NCBI RefSeq assembly: GCF_964194155.1
Contig: NC_135901.1
Location: 3,348,001-3,412,000 of the forward strand
Source: Cetorhinus maximus
Taxonomy: Eukaryota
Length of the DNA: 64,000 nucleotides
Direction: 5' to 3'
This document shows, one piece after another, positions 38,370 to 50,319 of this stretch (the stretch's first letter is position 1; each line of letters starts with the position of its first letter). Both the position numbers and the translations under genes were made by a program. The notes beneath the pieces are model-generated. The model worked only from the letters and a program-made list of their open reading frames with translations. It did no database searches and was not told the DNA's origin.

Positions 38370-39275
38370 TAGTCTCATAGACGTCGACAGCACAGAAGGA
38401 GGCCATTTGGCGCATCGTGTCCACGCAAGTCAACAAAGATCTGACTGCACTAATCCCTTTTTTCCAGCACTTGGCCCATAGCAACACAACACAACATAAG
38501 TGAATATCTAAATACTTCTCAAATATTACGAGAGTTTCTGACTCAACCATCCTTTTAGGCAGAGAGTTCCAGACTCCCAACACCCTCGGTGAAAAAAATT
38601 CTCCTCAACTCCCGTCTTAGGTTCTATCTCCAATTAACATCTTCAATTAAAAAAGGGTGATTAATCCTTACTGACTTGCACATTTTTCATAGAGGCAGCT
38701 TCATTATGAAATCAAATTGAACAAATTAGTTTCATCATGAAACAAAATAGTGAAACATTTTACAGGCACATCAATAAAAGTTTTATCAATCAGCATTGAT
38801 ATTGGTGAAGCTTTGAAATCACTGATATCAATCATTTACCAGACCGATTCCTGGGATGGCAGGATTGTCATATAATGAGAGATTGGGTCGACTTGGCCTG
38901 TATTCACTGGAGTTTGGAAGAATGAGAGGGGACCTCATTGAAACATATAAAACTCTGGACAGACTGGATGCAGGGATAATGTTTCCTCTGACTGGGAGGT
39001 CGAGAACAAGGGGTCACAATCTCAGGATAAGGGGTCGGTTATTTAGGACTGAGATGAGGACAAACTTCTTTACTCAGAGGTTGGTGAACCTGTGGAATTC
39101 TCTACCACAGAAGCTTGTGGAGGTCAAGTCGCTGAATATATTTAAGGCATTAAGGGGTGTGGGGAGAGAGCAGGTGTATGGTGTTGAGATAGAGGATCAG
39201 CCATGGTCATATTGAATGGCAGAGCAGATTTGAAGGGTAGAATGATCTACTCCTTCTATTTGCTATGTTTCTATT
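38370..39275. mobile_element. CR1 3' fragments
   Basis: LGVWNSLP on the minus strand; GLSYNERLGRLGLYSLEF on the plus strand with a tatgtttcta tail. Confidence 0.85.
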
Positions 39276-39279
39276 TCTG

Positions 39280-40262
39280 ATACAGCAGCAGCAACATTTG
39301 GTAAAGGTGGAACCCACAACAAAGACTGGTTTGAGACCTACTCAGCAGAGATGACATCTGTCATTGAAGCAAAAAGCAAAGCCTACCTGATACACAACAT
39401 AAACCCAACAGCTTGAACGCAGCGTAACTTAAAATTATCCAAGACAGTTGTGCAAAAGACAGGGAGATACTGTGCAAATAAACACTGCAACAGCCGACAC
39501 CAAGAAATCCAAACTGACTGTGACAAAGGAAATGTATGTGCTGTGTATGATCGGATCAAGAGGGCGCTTGGTCCAACCCATTTGAAATTGGCAGATGATG
39601 TACTCATTGACAGAAGTAAACAGATGTCCCGCTGGGTTGAACATTACTGTGAGCTGTACTCCCGTGAGACAGACATCTCCCAGTCTCTGTTTGACTCACT
39701 TCTGCAGCTTCCTGTCATGGTTGAGTTGGACCAGAAACCTCCTTCATTTGAGCTGGAAAAGTCCATTGATTGCATAGCAAGCAGAAAGGCTCCCAGCAAG
39801 GAAGTAATTCCAGGTGAACTGTTCAAGCACAGGAATTCCCATCTCCTGTCACACCTTCATGACCTCCTCCTCTGGAAGGTCATCAGCATTCCCTCATTTT
39901 GAGGATAATGCCTACTCAGGGTCACGAGTTTCTGCCATGGGTCATCATGTGACTGAACAGGCTGATGCTTAACCCACAGATTGTTGGGCACACGGGGCGG
40001 ATGTTCTACGAGGTAGTGAGATCCAGAGTGCAGGATTGCTTCCTTTTTTTCTCCCTTTCTGCCACTGCTCTGCCTCTTCATTAAGCTGTTGGGACTCAGA
40101 GCGTGAGGCAGCTGGATGGATAAGTTGTTGCCATTCTGAACAATTGGTAACAAACTCCTCCCAGTCACGAAGGCCAAAGTCACTGTGCTTCAAGGAGACA
40201 TTCAGAGTGTCTTTGAAGCATTTTCTTTGTACTCCCCTAGAATGTCAGGCATTTGAGAGTTG
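39280..40262. mobile_element. RTE LINE pieces in opposite orientations
   Basis: Plus 39280-39885: NKDWFE..RWVEHYCELYSRE..KAPSKEVIPGELFK; minus 39890-40262: RKCFKDTLNVSLK..WEE..W (ORF end). Confidence 0.8.
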
Positions 40263-40289
40263 AGATAAGAGAACTGTCATCACCAATCA

Positions 40290-40672
40290 CAGACAGTCTC
40301 TGACCAGCCTCCATTTCTCTTCCATTTACAGATGCTCCCTCACCGGTCTCCATCTCTGCTCCACCTACAGATGCTCCCTGACCAGTCTCCATTTCTCTTT
40401 CATTTATAGATGATCCCTGACCAGTCTCCATTTCTCCTCCATTCATAGACGCTCCCTGACCAGTCTTCTCCATTTACAGACACTCCCTGACCAGTCTCCA
40501 TTTCTCCTACATTTACAGACACTCCCTGACCAGTCTCCATTTCTCCTCCATTCATAGACGCTCCCTGACCAGTCTTCTCCATTTACAGACACTCCCTGAC
40601 CACTCTCCATTTCTCCTACATTTACAGACGCTCCCTGACCAGTCTCCATTTCTCCTACATTTACTGACACTC
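40290..40672. repeat. Minisatellite, ~39-bp unit with 29-bp variants, about 10 copies
   Basis: Unit ctccctgaccagtctccatttctcct(c/a)catttacagac(a/g). Confidence 0.92.
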
Positions 40673-41511
40673 TCTGCCTCTCCTGGATTTTGGGACTGCC
40701 TCTGCTCTCAGGTTTTTGTTGTGATCCGGCTCGGAGGGAAGCGGTGGAGGCTGTTATTGGAGGTTTATATTGTTGTTTGCTGTTATCTCACTGTCAATGC
40801 ACATCGTAACTGGAACTCTGCACTCAACACCCTTCCCCTGGCTTCCTGTCCTCACAAACATCACTCTGCCACATATCCGCCAACTGATTAAAACCCACAA
40901 ACTGGTTGAAACCATTCATGCTGCACCTCACTAACCGCTCCATGATGACCAGTTCAACCTATCTACTGCCCGCAGTCCATCTCACTGCCCCATATGGAGC
41001 ACCCTTCCTGAGCAAGATCTACCAGCAGACATCCTTTGGATCAAGCAATGGAACCACAAAGTCACTGACAAGTTCCTCGTGACAATCCCCATCTGCTGAA
41101 TGGTTTGAACTGCCACGATGATAGTGGTCCTTGCTGAACCGGCTCAGGACAGGGGAGGGCCCTGATGCAGCCAAACTCCACCACTGGGACCACAGCACAA
41201 ACCCCTTATCCACTTGAGGAAAAGTACAAACAATGCTGCACGTGACCAAGGAGAGTTCCTCTGACAGACTAAGTGGCAGACTTTCTGTCCTGCTGTACAT
41301 TCTGGGAACAGACACACACCATTGAAGCAGTGAATCTCCTATTGAAACTTTGGTTTTCTCTGGCAGCACGGAGATTTGAGGGGCAAAAGCTGTTTCAGAA
41401 CAGTGGAAGGAGGGTAACAAAAAACTGCAGCACAAGAGTCTGGGGTCCACTCGGTCAAAAACAATCACAACGCAGGGGTGTGGAGTTTAGGGCAACAAGA
41501 GCTGGTGGCTG

Positions 41512-41645
41512 AGGTTTCAATCCCATGGAGACCAGGGTTGAGTACCACTGGTACAAGGGGTTCAGTACCAAGGAGACAGGGATTTAGTCCCACTGGTACA
41601 AAGGGTTCAGTCCCAAGGAGACAGGGATTTAGTCCCACTGGAACG
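41512..41645. repeat. 45-bp tandem repeat, about 3 copies
   Basis: ggttcagt(a/c)ccaaggagacagggatttagtcccactggtacaaag. Confidence 0.85.
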
Positions 41646-41764
41646 AAGTCCCACTTTTCCCTGAAGTAAAAGCAGATACCACTGGATGTCAGCATTTTCT
41701 GTTTGTTTCTGAATTCAGATTTTCAGCATCTGCAATATTTTACTTATGTGCCACCATGCCCTTT

Positions 41765-42608
41765 TTTTATTCATTTACGGGATGTGGGCATCACTGGCTC
41801 GGCCACCATTTATTGCCCATCCCTCATTACCCTTGAGGTGGTGGCAGTGAGCTACCTTCTTGAACCACTGCAGTCCCTGCGTGTAGGTACACCCAGTGCT
41901 GTTAGGGAGGGAGTTCCAGGATTTTGACCCAGCGACAGTGAAGGAACGGTGATATATTTCCAAATCAAGATGGTGAGTGGCTTGGAGGAGAACTTCCAGT
42001 TGGTGGTGTTCCCATGTATCTGCTGCCCTTGTCCTTCTAAATAGTAGCAGTTGTGGGTTTGGAAGGTGCTGTCTAAGGAGCCTTGGCAAGTTTCTGCAGT
42101 GCATCATGGAGATGGTACACACTGTGGCCACTGTTCGTCAGTGGTGGAGGAAGTGAATGTTTGTGGATGGGGTGCCAATCAAGCAGGCTGCTTTGACCTG
42201 GACGGTGTCAAGCTTCTTGAGTGCTGTTGGAGCTGCACTCACTCAGACAAGCAGAGAGCATTCCATCACACTCCTGACTTGTGTCTTGCAGATGGTGGAC
42301 AACTTTGGGGAGTCAGGAGGTGAGCTAATCGCCCCAGGATCTCTAACCTCTGACTGCTCTTGTAGCCACAGTATTTATATGGCTCGTCCAGTTCAGTTTC
42401 TGGTCAATGGTAGCCTCCAGGATGTTGATAGTGGAGGATTCAGTGAAGGTAATGTCATTGAATGTCAAGGGGCAATGGTTAGACTCTCTCTTGTTGGAGA
42501 TGGTCATTGCCCTGCACTTGTGAGGCACGAATGTTACTTGCCACTTGTCAGCCAAAGCCTGCATATTGCCCAGGTCTTGTTGCATTTGGACAGTGACTGC
42601 TTCAGTGT
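41765..42608 (-). mobile_element. CR1/L2-group LINE (family 2) 3' portion
   Basis: MQQDLGNMQALADKWQVTF; same family as 31220-32300; complete tail. Confidence 0.88.
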
Positions 42609-44057
42609 TGTTGTTTAATACATTTGTTTGGATCTGGAGGAGAGGTAATCAAAGACCAGACAGATTTAAATCCTCTTTTCCTTTTTTAATGTTTGTACAA
42701 TTTATAATCCATAATCCAGTATGACTCTCACATCCACAGCTTGTATTTATGTAGCATCTTTAACATTGTGAAACATCCCAAAGTATTTCACAGGAGAATT
42801 ATCAATCACCATTTGACAATAAGCCATGTAATGATTAACAGGGCAGATGAAACCAAAAACTTCATCAAAGAGGTAGGATTTAAGGAGTATCTTAAAGGAG
42901 GAAAGTGAGGTGGAGATGTTTATGGAAGGAATTCCAGAGCTAACTGACTGTCCTGCAGTGGAAACATTTTCTTCCTATCTACCTGTCGAAACCTCTCAGC
43001 ATTTTGAACACCACCATTAAATTTCTCCATAACCTCCTTGCTCTCAGGAGGGAAATCCCAACTTCTCCAGTCCCTTCACAGAACTGAAATCCCTCATCCT
43101 TGGTATAATTCTGTTGAATCTCTCCTGCACCCTCTCTGAGATAGTGACGTCCTTTCTAAACTGAGGTGCCCAGATTGGTCATGAAATCCAGCTGAGGTCT
43201 CACCAGTGGTTTAATAAAAGTTTACTATAGCTTCCTTGCTTTTGTACTCTGAGCCTATTTCAATGAAGACAGGATCCTTTGTGCTTTATGAAAGCCTTAT
43301 CAAATAGCCCTGCTACCTCCAAATATTTCTCTATATACAAAGTGTTCTTGTTCCTGCATTCTGTTTAAAATTGTACCATTTAGTTTATACTGCCTCTCCT
43401 CATTCTTCCTTCCAAAATGTATCATTGACTGTGGATCCCGTTGGGATGTTCTGAGGATATGAAAGGTGCGAAATGAACACAGGAACTTTCTTTCTGTTTT
43501 ACAGCTGATTAAAAGTTGTCGATTTTGCTCCAAAGATTAAATTGAAATTGATATTCAAAGTTACCTATTTTGCTGCAGAAACAACTGGGAGTCAGAGAAT
43601 TAAGAGGAAAGATCCCAGACAGATGTTCTTCAAGGTACACTGCAGGCCCAGCAGCTCAATCAGCTCCGCACTCAACTCAGAAGACCTTAACAACTACCCA
43701 GAGGGGAGTTCTCCTGGTGCAGTGGGACCAACATTCGTGTTTTAACTAACACCACTAAAAAACAAAAATCTGGATTAATTGGTCATTTGTCTCATTACTA
43801 TTTGTGGGATCTTGCTGTGCACAAACTGGCTGTTGTGAAAGAACAAAAAGAGCATTTCAAAAGGAACTAACTTGTCTTCGTGCTTTTAAAAAGACACAAC
43901 ACACTGTTTAATACAAAGCTGATTTGACACTTATCCAGAATTTGAACAATTGTAACTAGACTGCAGTTTATCAAAATCATCAGAAACAGATCCCAACTCT
44001 CAGAATGAACATGGTTCTGTCCTGGATGTGGTTAACAGCAGAGTCAAACCCTTGCAG

Positions 44058-45009
44058 TCACTTGTGAACTCGCTGGTGCATCAGCAGAGTGGAAGAACGA
44101 GTGAATCCCTTCCCACACACAGAGCAGGTGAAAGGCTTCTCCCCAGTGTGAACTTGCTGGTGCCTCCACAGATTGCATGAACGAGCAAAGCTCTTCCCAC
44201 ATTTTGAGCAGGTAAATGGTCTCTCCCCAGTGTGAACTCGCTGATGTACAGTGAGGTCAGATGATTGCCTGAACCCAGTCCCACAGTGAGAGCACCTGAA
44301 CGGTTTCTCGTCAGAGTGAACTGGTTGATGGTGCGCCAGGTCTCCAGAACTTTTATAACATTTCCCACAGTCTGAGCATTTAAAAGGCCTCTCCCCGGTG
44401 TGAACTCGCCGGTGTATCAGCAGATTGGATGAATTAATGAATCCCTTCCCACACACAGAGCAAGTGAACGGCCTCTCCCCAGTGTGAACTCGCTGATGTA
44501 TCAACAGGCTGGACGATCGCCTGAAGCTCTTCCCACAGTGAGAGCAGCTGAATGGTGAGTAGCCAGTGTGAATGCGCTGGTGCTCCCTCAGTCCATATGG
44601 ACATTTAAAGCTCCTATCACAGTCAGAGCAATTAAACTGTCTCTTATCATTGTGAACTTGCTGGTGTCTCAGCAGCCCAGATAAAAACATACATCTCTTC
44701 CCACACAGGGAACAGGTGAATGGCCTTTCCCCAGTGTGAACTCGCTGGTGTGTCACCAGGGTGGATGAATGAACAAATGCCTTCCCACACTCAGTACAGG
44801 TGAAAGGCTTCTCCCCCGTATGACTGCGTCGATGACCTTTCAGCTCAGAGGCATAATTGAATCCTTTCCCACAATCCCCACATTTCCATGGTTTCTCCCC
44901 AGTGTGACTCCGCCTGTGTTTTGACAGGCCACATGATCGACTGAAACCTCGTCCACACACAAAACGTGTACGGTTTATCCCCACTGTGAACAGTGCTAGT
45001 TCCTTCCAT
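44058..45009 (-). pseudogene. C2H2 ZNF gene, type A, 10 intact fingers but ATG out of frame
   Basis: ATG 45009 ([14 protein letters not shown]) is cut off from the array by a 2-nt deletion near 44963; acceptor AG reads AA (ttttaccaa|atatt, ~45118). Confidence 0.75.
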
Positions 45010-46274
45010 GTTCAAAGGCCGATGATATTCAAATCCAGAGGAATTGAGCAGCTCTGTCAGATCCCGATGTGATGTTAGGTTTGGGTTTCCCATCTGTACA
45101 TTCTCTCCTTTTAATATTTGGTAAAACAAATAGAAAAAAGGAAAAAGAGAGTGTGAGAGAGAACACAAAAACAAAAAGACAGGTTGTGAAATTGAGCAGA
45201 ATTCATGGGGCCAGCATTAGAAAAGAGACCATGAAAGCTGCCGGATTATTGTAAAGACCCAACTGTATACTGTTGTCCTCCAGCGAAGGGAACCTGCTAT
45301 CAGGTTTGGATCTACAGAACAGGGAGAGAATTGGGAGGTGGCAGCAGTGGAGGTTTTCTACATCTGCACCTCTACCAGACGTTTGACAGAACCTGTCACC
45401 TCCACCATCTACAAAGACAAGGGCAGCAGGTGCATACATATACCATCATCCTTTTCAAGTCACACACCATTCTGAGTCAGGCATATATCCCTGTTCCTTC
45501 ATCGTCACTGGGTGAAAATCTAGTAACTCCTTACTAAGAAGAATTGTGACAGGACCTTCACCACACTGACTGCAGTCGTTCAACAAGAAGGCCCACCGTC
45601 ACATTTTCAATGGGAAACTGGGAATTGACAATATGTGCTGGTCTCACTGGTGATGCCCAATTCCCATGAATGAAGTGAAAATTTTCTGTACTTGCCAAAT
45701 GGATTAAAAGACTCTACACATAAACTTGTTAATAAAACAATACTGTTTTCTGTTGCAGTATAGGAACCGCGTCAGTTTAATAAACTAATTTCTCCTAGAA
45801 TCTACCTCCCTTTAGCTTCCCACATTGGAAATTGTTGGGCTCAACAAGTCCTCTGGGTTTCAGAGCAGTGGAGGAGACTAGAACCTGGAGACGCAGTTTA
45901 AGAATAAGAGATGAGAAATTTAAGACTTAGATGAGGAGGTTCGTTAGCCTATGGAATTCACTTCCCGAGAGCACAATAGAGGCTGGGTCATTGTTCAAGG
46001 CAGAGTTAGACAGATTGTTGATAGACAAGGGAGTCAAGTGTTGCAAGGGCAGACAGGAAATTCAAGTTGAGACCACAACCAGATTAGCCATGATCTTATT
46101 GAATGGTGGAGCAGGCTTGAAGGGCTGAATGTCCTTCTCCTGCAGCTAAGTTCTAGTCCTATGGGTTAAACCCAGCAGCCTCACCTCCATCTCCACTTCA
46201 GTTCAATGTGCTTCTGCATCCAACACTATCCTGATTCAAACCTGGTCTGTCTGTGTTTCTGGATTCAGCCTGCA

Positions 46275-46414
46275 ATAGAACAAAAGCAAAATACAGTGGA
46301 TTCGAGCAATCTGAAATGCAATAAGAGAAAATGCAGGGAAACACAATAGGTCAAGCAGTATCTGTGGAAAGAGAGAAACAGAGTTAACATTTCAGGTCGT
46401 TGACCTTTCCTCAG
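46275..46414 (-). mobile_element. Penelope-like element end with minimal hammerhead core
   Basis: Minus strand CTGAGGA a aggtc aac gacct GAAA tgtt aactc, then the Penelope-type terminal segment also seen in 60950-62048. Confidence 0.7.
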
Positions 46415-46427
46415 CCTCGAATAAAAC

Positions 46428-46990
46428 AATTACCGACAGTTCCCACAATCCCCCGCGCCCCAGAAACCGCTCTAACCAACTCACGCCTTTCCCCAGGGCC
46501 AGCCGCGGGGCATTCTGGGCAGCTCCTTTGTTGTGAGTCGGACTCGGTGGAAATGGGAGAAGAAACTGGGAAGCGGCAGCGAGGATGGGGGAGGCGCTGC
46601 AGCATTGCTTTAATGGGCAGCCCCGACCCCCAGCAGCCCCCAGCCCGGGGAGATCACCGCACGGCCGCCGGGCCCGGCCGCTCCCATTCAGCCTCGGAGA
46701 GCCGCACTCGCTGCTCCTGAGGCTGTGCTCACCCCCCGCTCAGTTTCTCCATTGAATCCTGTTTCTCTCATTGTTTTTCCCAATTCAGATTCACCGCCTC
46801 ATTTTATTTTCTTCCTCTGAGCCCCTGATCTCCATCTGACAGGGCCGTGTTGGAGAGCAGGCATTGACTGTCCTGGGAAACAACAGCAAGAGGAACTCAG
46901 AGGCCCGAGGAGCAAGGAAGCAGCGAGTTCACCAATTGGAGCAATTGAGGCCTGGAACCTGAGTTGGCCAGTCAAGTGAGTCAGTTGGAA
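46428..46990 (-). promoter_or_regulatory. CpG island/first exon, cassette A copy 2
   Basis: Inverted homolog of 22490-23040; donor CG|GTAATT at 46433; two ZNF143-like sites. Confidence 0.8.
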
Positions 46991-47024
46991 CCCCTGGTAG
47001 ACAAGTTATCATTAAAACATTCTT

Positions 47025-47326
47025 TTTTTTGGGGATGTGAGCGTCGCTGGCTATGCCAGCAATTATTGCCCATCCCTAATTGCCCTTGTTTAGAGGGCAT
47101 TTAAAAGTCAACCACATTGCTGTGGATCTGGAGTCACATGTAGGCCAGACCAGGTAAGGATGGCAGATTTCCTTCCCTGAAGGGGATTAGTGAACCAGTT
47201 AGGTTTTTATGACAATCAACAATGATTTCATGGTCCTCATCAGAGTTTTAATTCCGGATTTTTATTAAATTTAAATTTAATCATCTGCCGTGGTGGGATT
47301 TGAACCCCAGTCCCCTGGGTCTCTGG
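47025..47326 (-). mobile_element. tRNA-derived SINE, 5'-truncated
   Basis: B box ggttcaaatcc on the minus strand ~47296-47306; collinear with 53159-53491. Confidence 0.85.
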
Positions 47327-47659
47327 AAAACAACAGAGTAGTTTAAATGTTGTCAGTATTTTGATTTCCTGAGGCTCTGATTATGAGTTTCAGACATTCT
47401 GTGCCACGTGGATGAGGGTTTCCAAGGTCATGCATCTCTCTCTTTGCATGTCGATGTTTGTAAAAAATATACAAATTGATTTCCCCCTCATGTTTCTATT
47501 TTCAATGCTGAGATGGACAATGCCCCACCAATTCCCACTCCCCTTCTTTCTCGTGGTTAATGGAGGGTCCATGCACTTGAGTTGATGCATAATTTTGTTC
47601 CCAATTTTAATTATTGCCTCCCGCCTCAATCTGCCCATCAGTTGAAAAAACACTAATGA

Positions 47660-48090
47660 GGACCTGTAATGGCGGGGTCATTACCCAGCATTCCCCGCGG
47701 TGGTGAATGTTCCCCCATCCAAACCACAGGAGTGGTGCGCAGGCGCAGGTCCGATCTGTTTGGAGTATGCGCAGTGAGAGTGATGGCGCTGGGGAGAGAC
47801 GCTCTTTTGTCTCATCTGCAACCGGTAAGGAAATTGAAACGCGGAGGGACCGATAGAGCCGGCGGGTCGACAGGGACGGTTTCGAAACACCTACTGAAGG
47901 CCTCACACCTCGAATAAGAATTTGCAGGTCCCGGGTTTGCAGCTTCGAGTCCTTTTCTCGAGAAGTGGCCCAGGTGAACTGCCGCCATCTTTGTTCAGCG
48001 AGGAGTAGAGCGCATGCGTTGGCGACTGGGTAGAGTGGGCGGGGCTTCAGAATCTCTGTTCCCTGCCGAGTCCTAGTGCCCGGGTAGTGC
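47660..48090 (+). promoter_or_regulatory. CpG island/first exon, cassette B, of the 49 kb ZNF gene
   Basis: ZNF143-like ttacccagcattccccgcg 47681, donor CG|GTAAGG 47825, YY1 gccgccatctt ~47981, NRF1-like gcgcatgcg ~48010, GC box. Confidence 0.78.
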
Positions 48091-49068
48091 AAACAGCCGC
48101 TCCAGTTTTTTAAACAGCTTCACCTATTCCCAGACTGCAGGTGATGTTTGCAGCCCAGAGGAGACCATGTATATATTCAGTCTGAGAGGTAGCAGCCATG
48201 TATGGTTACCTGAGGGGCTGCTCTTCCATGTTAGTTTACGCTTCAGCCCCAGGCTCCTGATCTTGCTGCCCAGTGGGAGGTGGTTAAGACAGAGGATCTT
48301 CTACTGGAGCTGCTCTCGGTTAAAACAGCATTTTGGAGATCAAGGGTGGGTGGTATCTATGGCTGCTGGCCTCTCTTCCATGGTTTTGTCTGTGCCCGAG
48401 TGGCCTTGGACAAGGAACATGCGGTGTCCACCGATAGACTTGATACCTCCCACAACCGGTGGTACCTCAGGGTACAAAGTGTCTCATAGACACTGGAAAC
48501 AATATTCTGGTTTAGTTGGGAAGGCTCTCTTCACTTTTGATGGAACTTTGTTGCCAATTTTAGTTTCTTTTACTTTGATTGGATCACGTGTTTGAGAAAA
48601 CAAGTGGAAAGAATGTTCCACAGAAATAAGTCTAACAAGAACAGTCTGTTCTGAATTTCTATCCTGCACTGATCGTGATACTGACTCTGTCAACTCTATT
48701 TACAGAGGATTAGAAGGAGAGGACTTGCTGATGGGAAACTCAAACCAAACATCAGATCAAGATCTGACCGAGCCACTCAATTCATCAGGACCTGAATATC
48801 AACGGCCTTTGAACATTTAAAAGGTGGAAGGAGAAATGTTTGTCTGTTCTGTCTGGGGGAGAAGAATTCAACCATCGGTGTGACTGGAAAAGCACCGAGA
48901 CACCCACACATCCGAGTGAGTGTGTTTCAGTGAACTGAACTTTAACCAGTTACACAGCCTGAAAAAACATTACACTGTCCACAGTGGGGAGATCTGTACA
49001 TTTGCTCTGTGCGTGGATGAGGCTTCAACTGATCGACCAACCTGGAGAGACACAAGGACACCCATACC

Positions 49069-49962
49069 ATGGAGAAACCGTGGAAATGTGGGGACTGTGG
49101 GAAGGGATTCAATTACCCATCCCTGCTGGAAATGCATCGACGCAGTCACAGTGGGGAGAGGCCATTCACCTGCTCCGTGTGTGGGAAGGGATTCATTCAG
49201 TCATCCCACCTGCAGACCCACCAGCAAGTTCACATTGATGAGAGGCTGTGTAACCCCTCGGACAGTGAGAACAGCTTTCAAAGCTCCAAGGACCTGATCA
49301 GGCACCAGGTTGTTCACACCGAGAAACAGTTCAGTTGCTCTCACTGCGGGAAGGTGTTTAAAAGATCACAGAATCTCATTGAACACGAACGCACTCACAC
49401 TGGGGAGAGGCCGTTCATCTGCTCTGTGTGTGGGAAGGGATTCACTCGGTCATCCCACCTCGCTACACACCAACTAGTTCACACAGATAAAAGACCTTTC
49501 AAATGTTCTGACTGTGAGAAGAGTTATAAAACCACAAGCGATCTGCTGATCCACCAGCGGGTTCACAATGAGGAGAGGCCATTCAGATGCACAGTGTGTG
49601 GGAAGGGATTCACTCTGTCATCCAGCCTCCAGAAACACCAGCGAGTTCACACTGGGGAGAAGTCATTCACCTGCTCCTTGTGTGGAAAAGGATTCATTTA
49701 TTTAACCAGCCTCAGATCACACCAACTTGTTCACTCTGATAAGAAACCTTTCAATTGTTCTGAATGTGAGAAGAGCTTTAAAACCACAAGTGTTCTGCTG
49801 AGACACCAGCGAGTTCACACTGGGGAGAGACCGTTCATCTGCTCCGACTGTGGGAAGGGATACACTCGCTCATCCCACCTGCTGACACACCAGCGAGTTC
49901 ACAATAGTCTGCAGGGACTGGATTCTGCTGTTATTGCTGCTGTTAATCAGATCCAGGAATGA
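49069..49962 (+). CDS. C2H2 zinc-finger protein, 9 intact plus 1 degenerate finger, type B
   Basis: Open frame from MEKPWKC; finger 3 lacks the CxxC; family stop lost so the tail reads into the 3'UTR; acceptor atttacag|48706. Confidence 0.92.
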   Translation: MEKPWKCGDCGKGFNYPSLLEMHRRSHSGERPFTCSVCGKGFIQSSHLQTHQQVHIDERLCNPSDSENSFQSSKDLIRHQVVHTEKQFSCSHCGKVFKRSQNLIEHERTHTGERPFICSVCGKGFTRSSHLATHQLVHTDKRPFKCSDCEKSYKTTSDLLIHQRVHNEERPFRCTVCGKGFTLSSSLQKHQRVHTGEKSFTCSLCGKGFIYLTSLRSHQLVHSDKKPFNCSECEKSFKTTSVLLRHQRVHTGERPFICSDCGKGYTRSSHLLTHQRVHNSLQGLDSAVIAAVNQIQE

Positions 49963-50319
49963 ACCATGTTCATTCAGACAGCTGGGCTTTGTTTCAGCTG
50001 ATGTAAGTAACCCGTATAACTGAGCTGGAATTTAATATTCTGGATAAATGTCAAGTGAACTAATATTGTTACAGGCACACTTTCGAGACCTTGATTTCTC
50101 CAATATGAGATTAATTGATGTCCAGTTGCTAACTGCTCCATTTTTGGAGCCTTTTCTCCTTTCTAACTCTAGATTATTTCAGTTATCATGCCTTTAATTA
50201 CTCTCACGGACAAGTCCCATACCTTCCAAACTGTCCCTCCTAGCCTTGGTGTCCAGGAAAGGTATTGGTAACACTCCCGGGATCACTAAACACAAAACCC
50301 AGTCTTTTATACTGATGTG

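Noticed and set aside
40290-41645. Tandem repeats as CRISPR arrays
   Set aside because: Units are contiguous with no unique spacers, no cas genes are present, and the context is vertebrate
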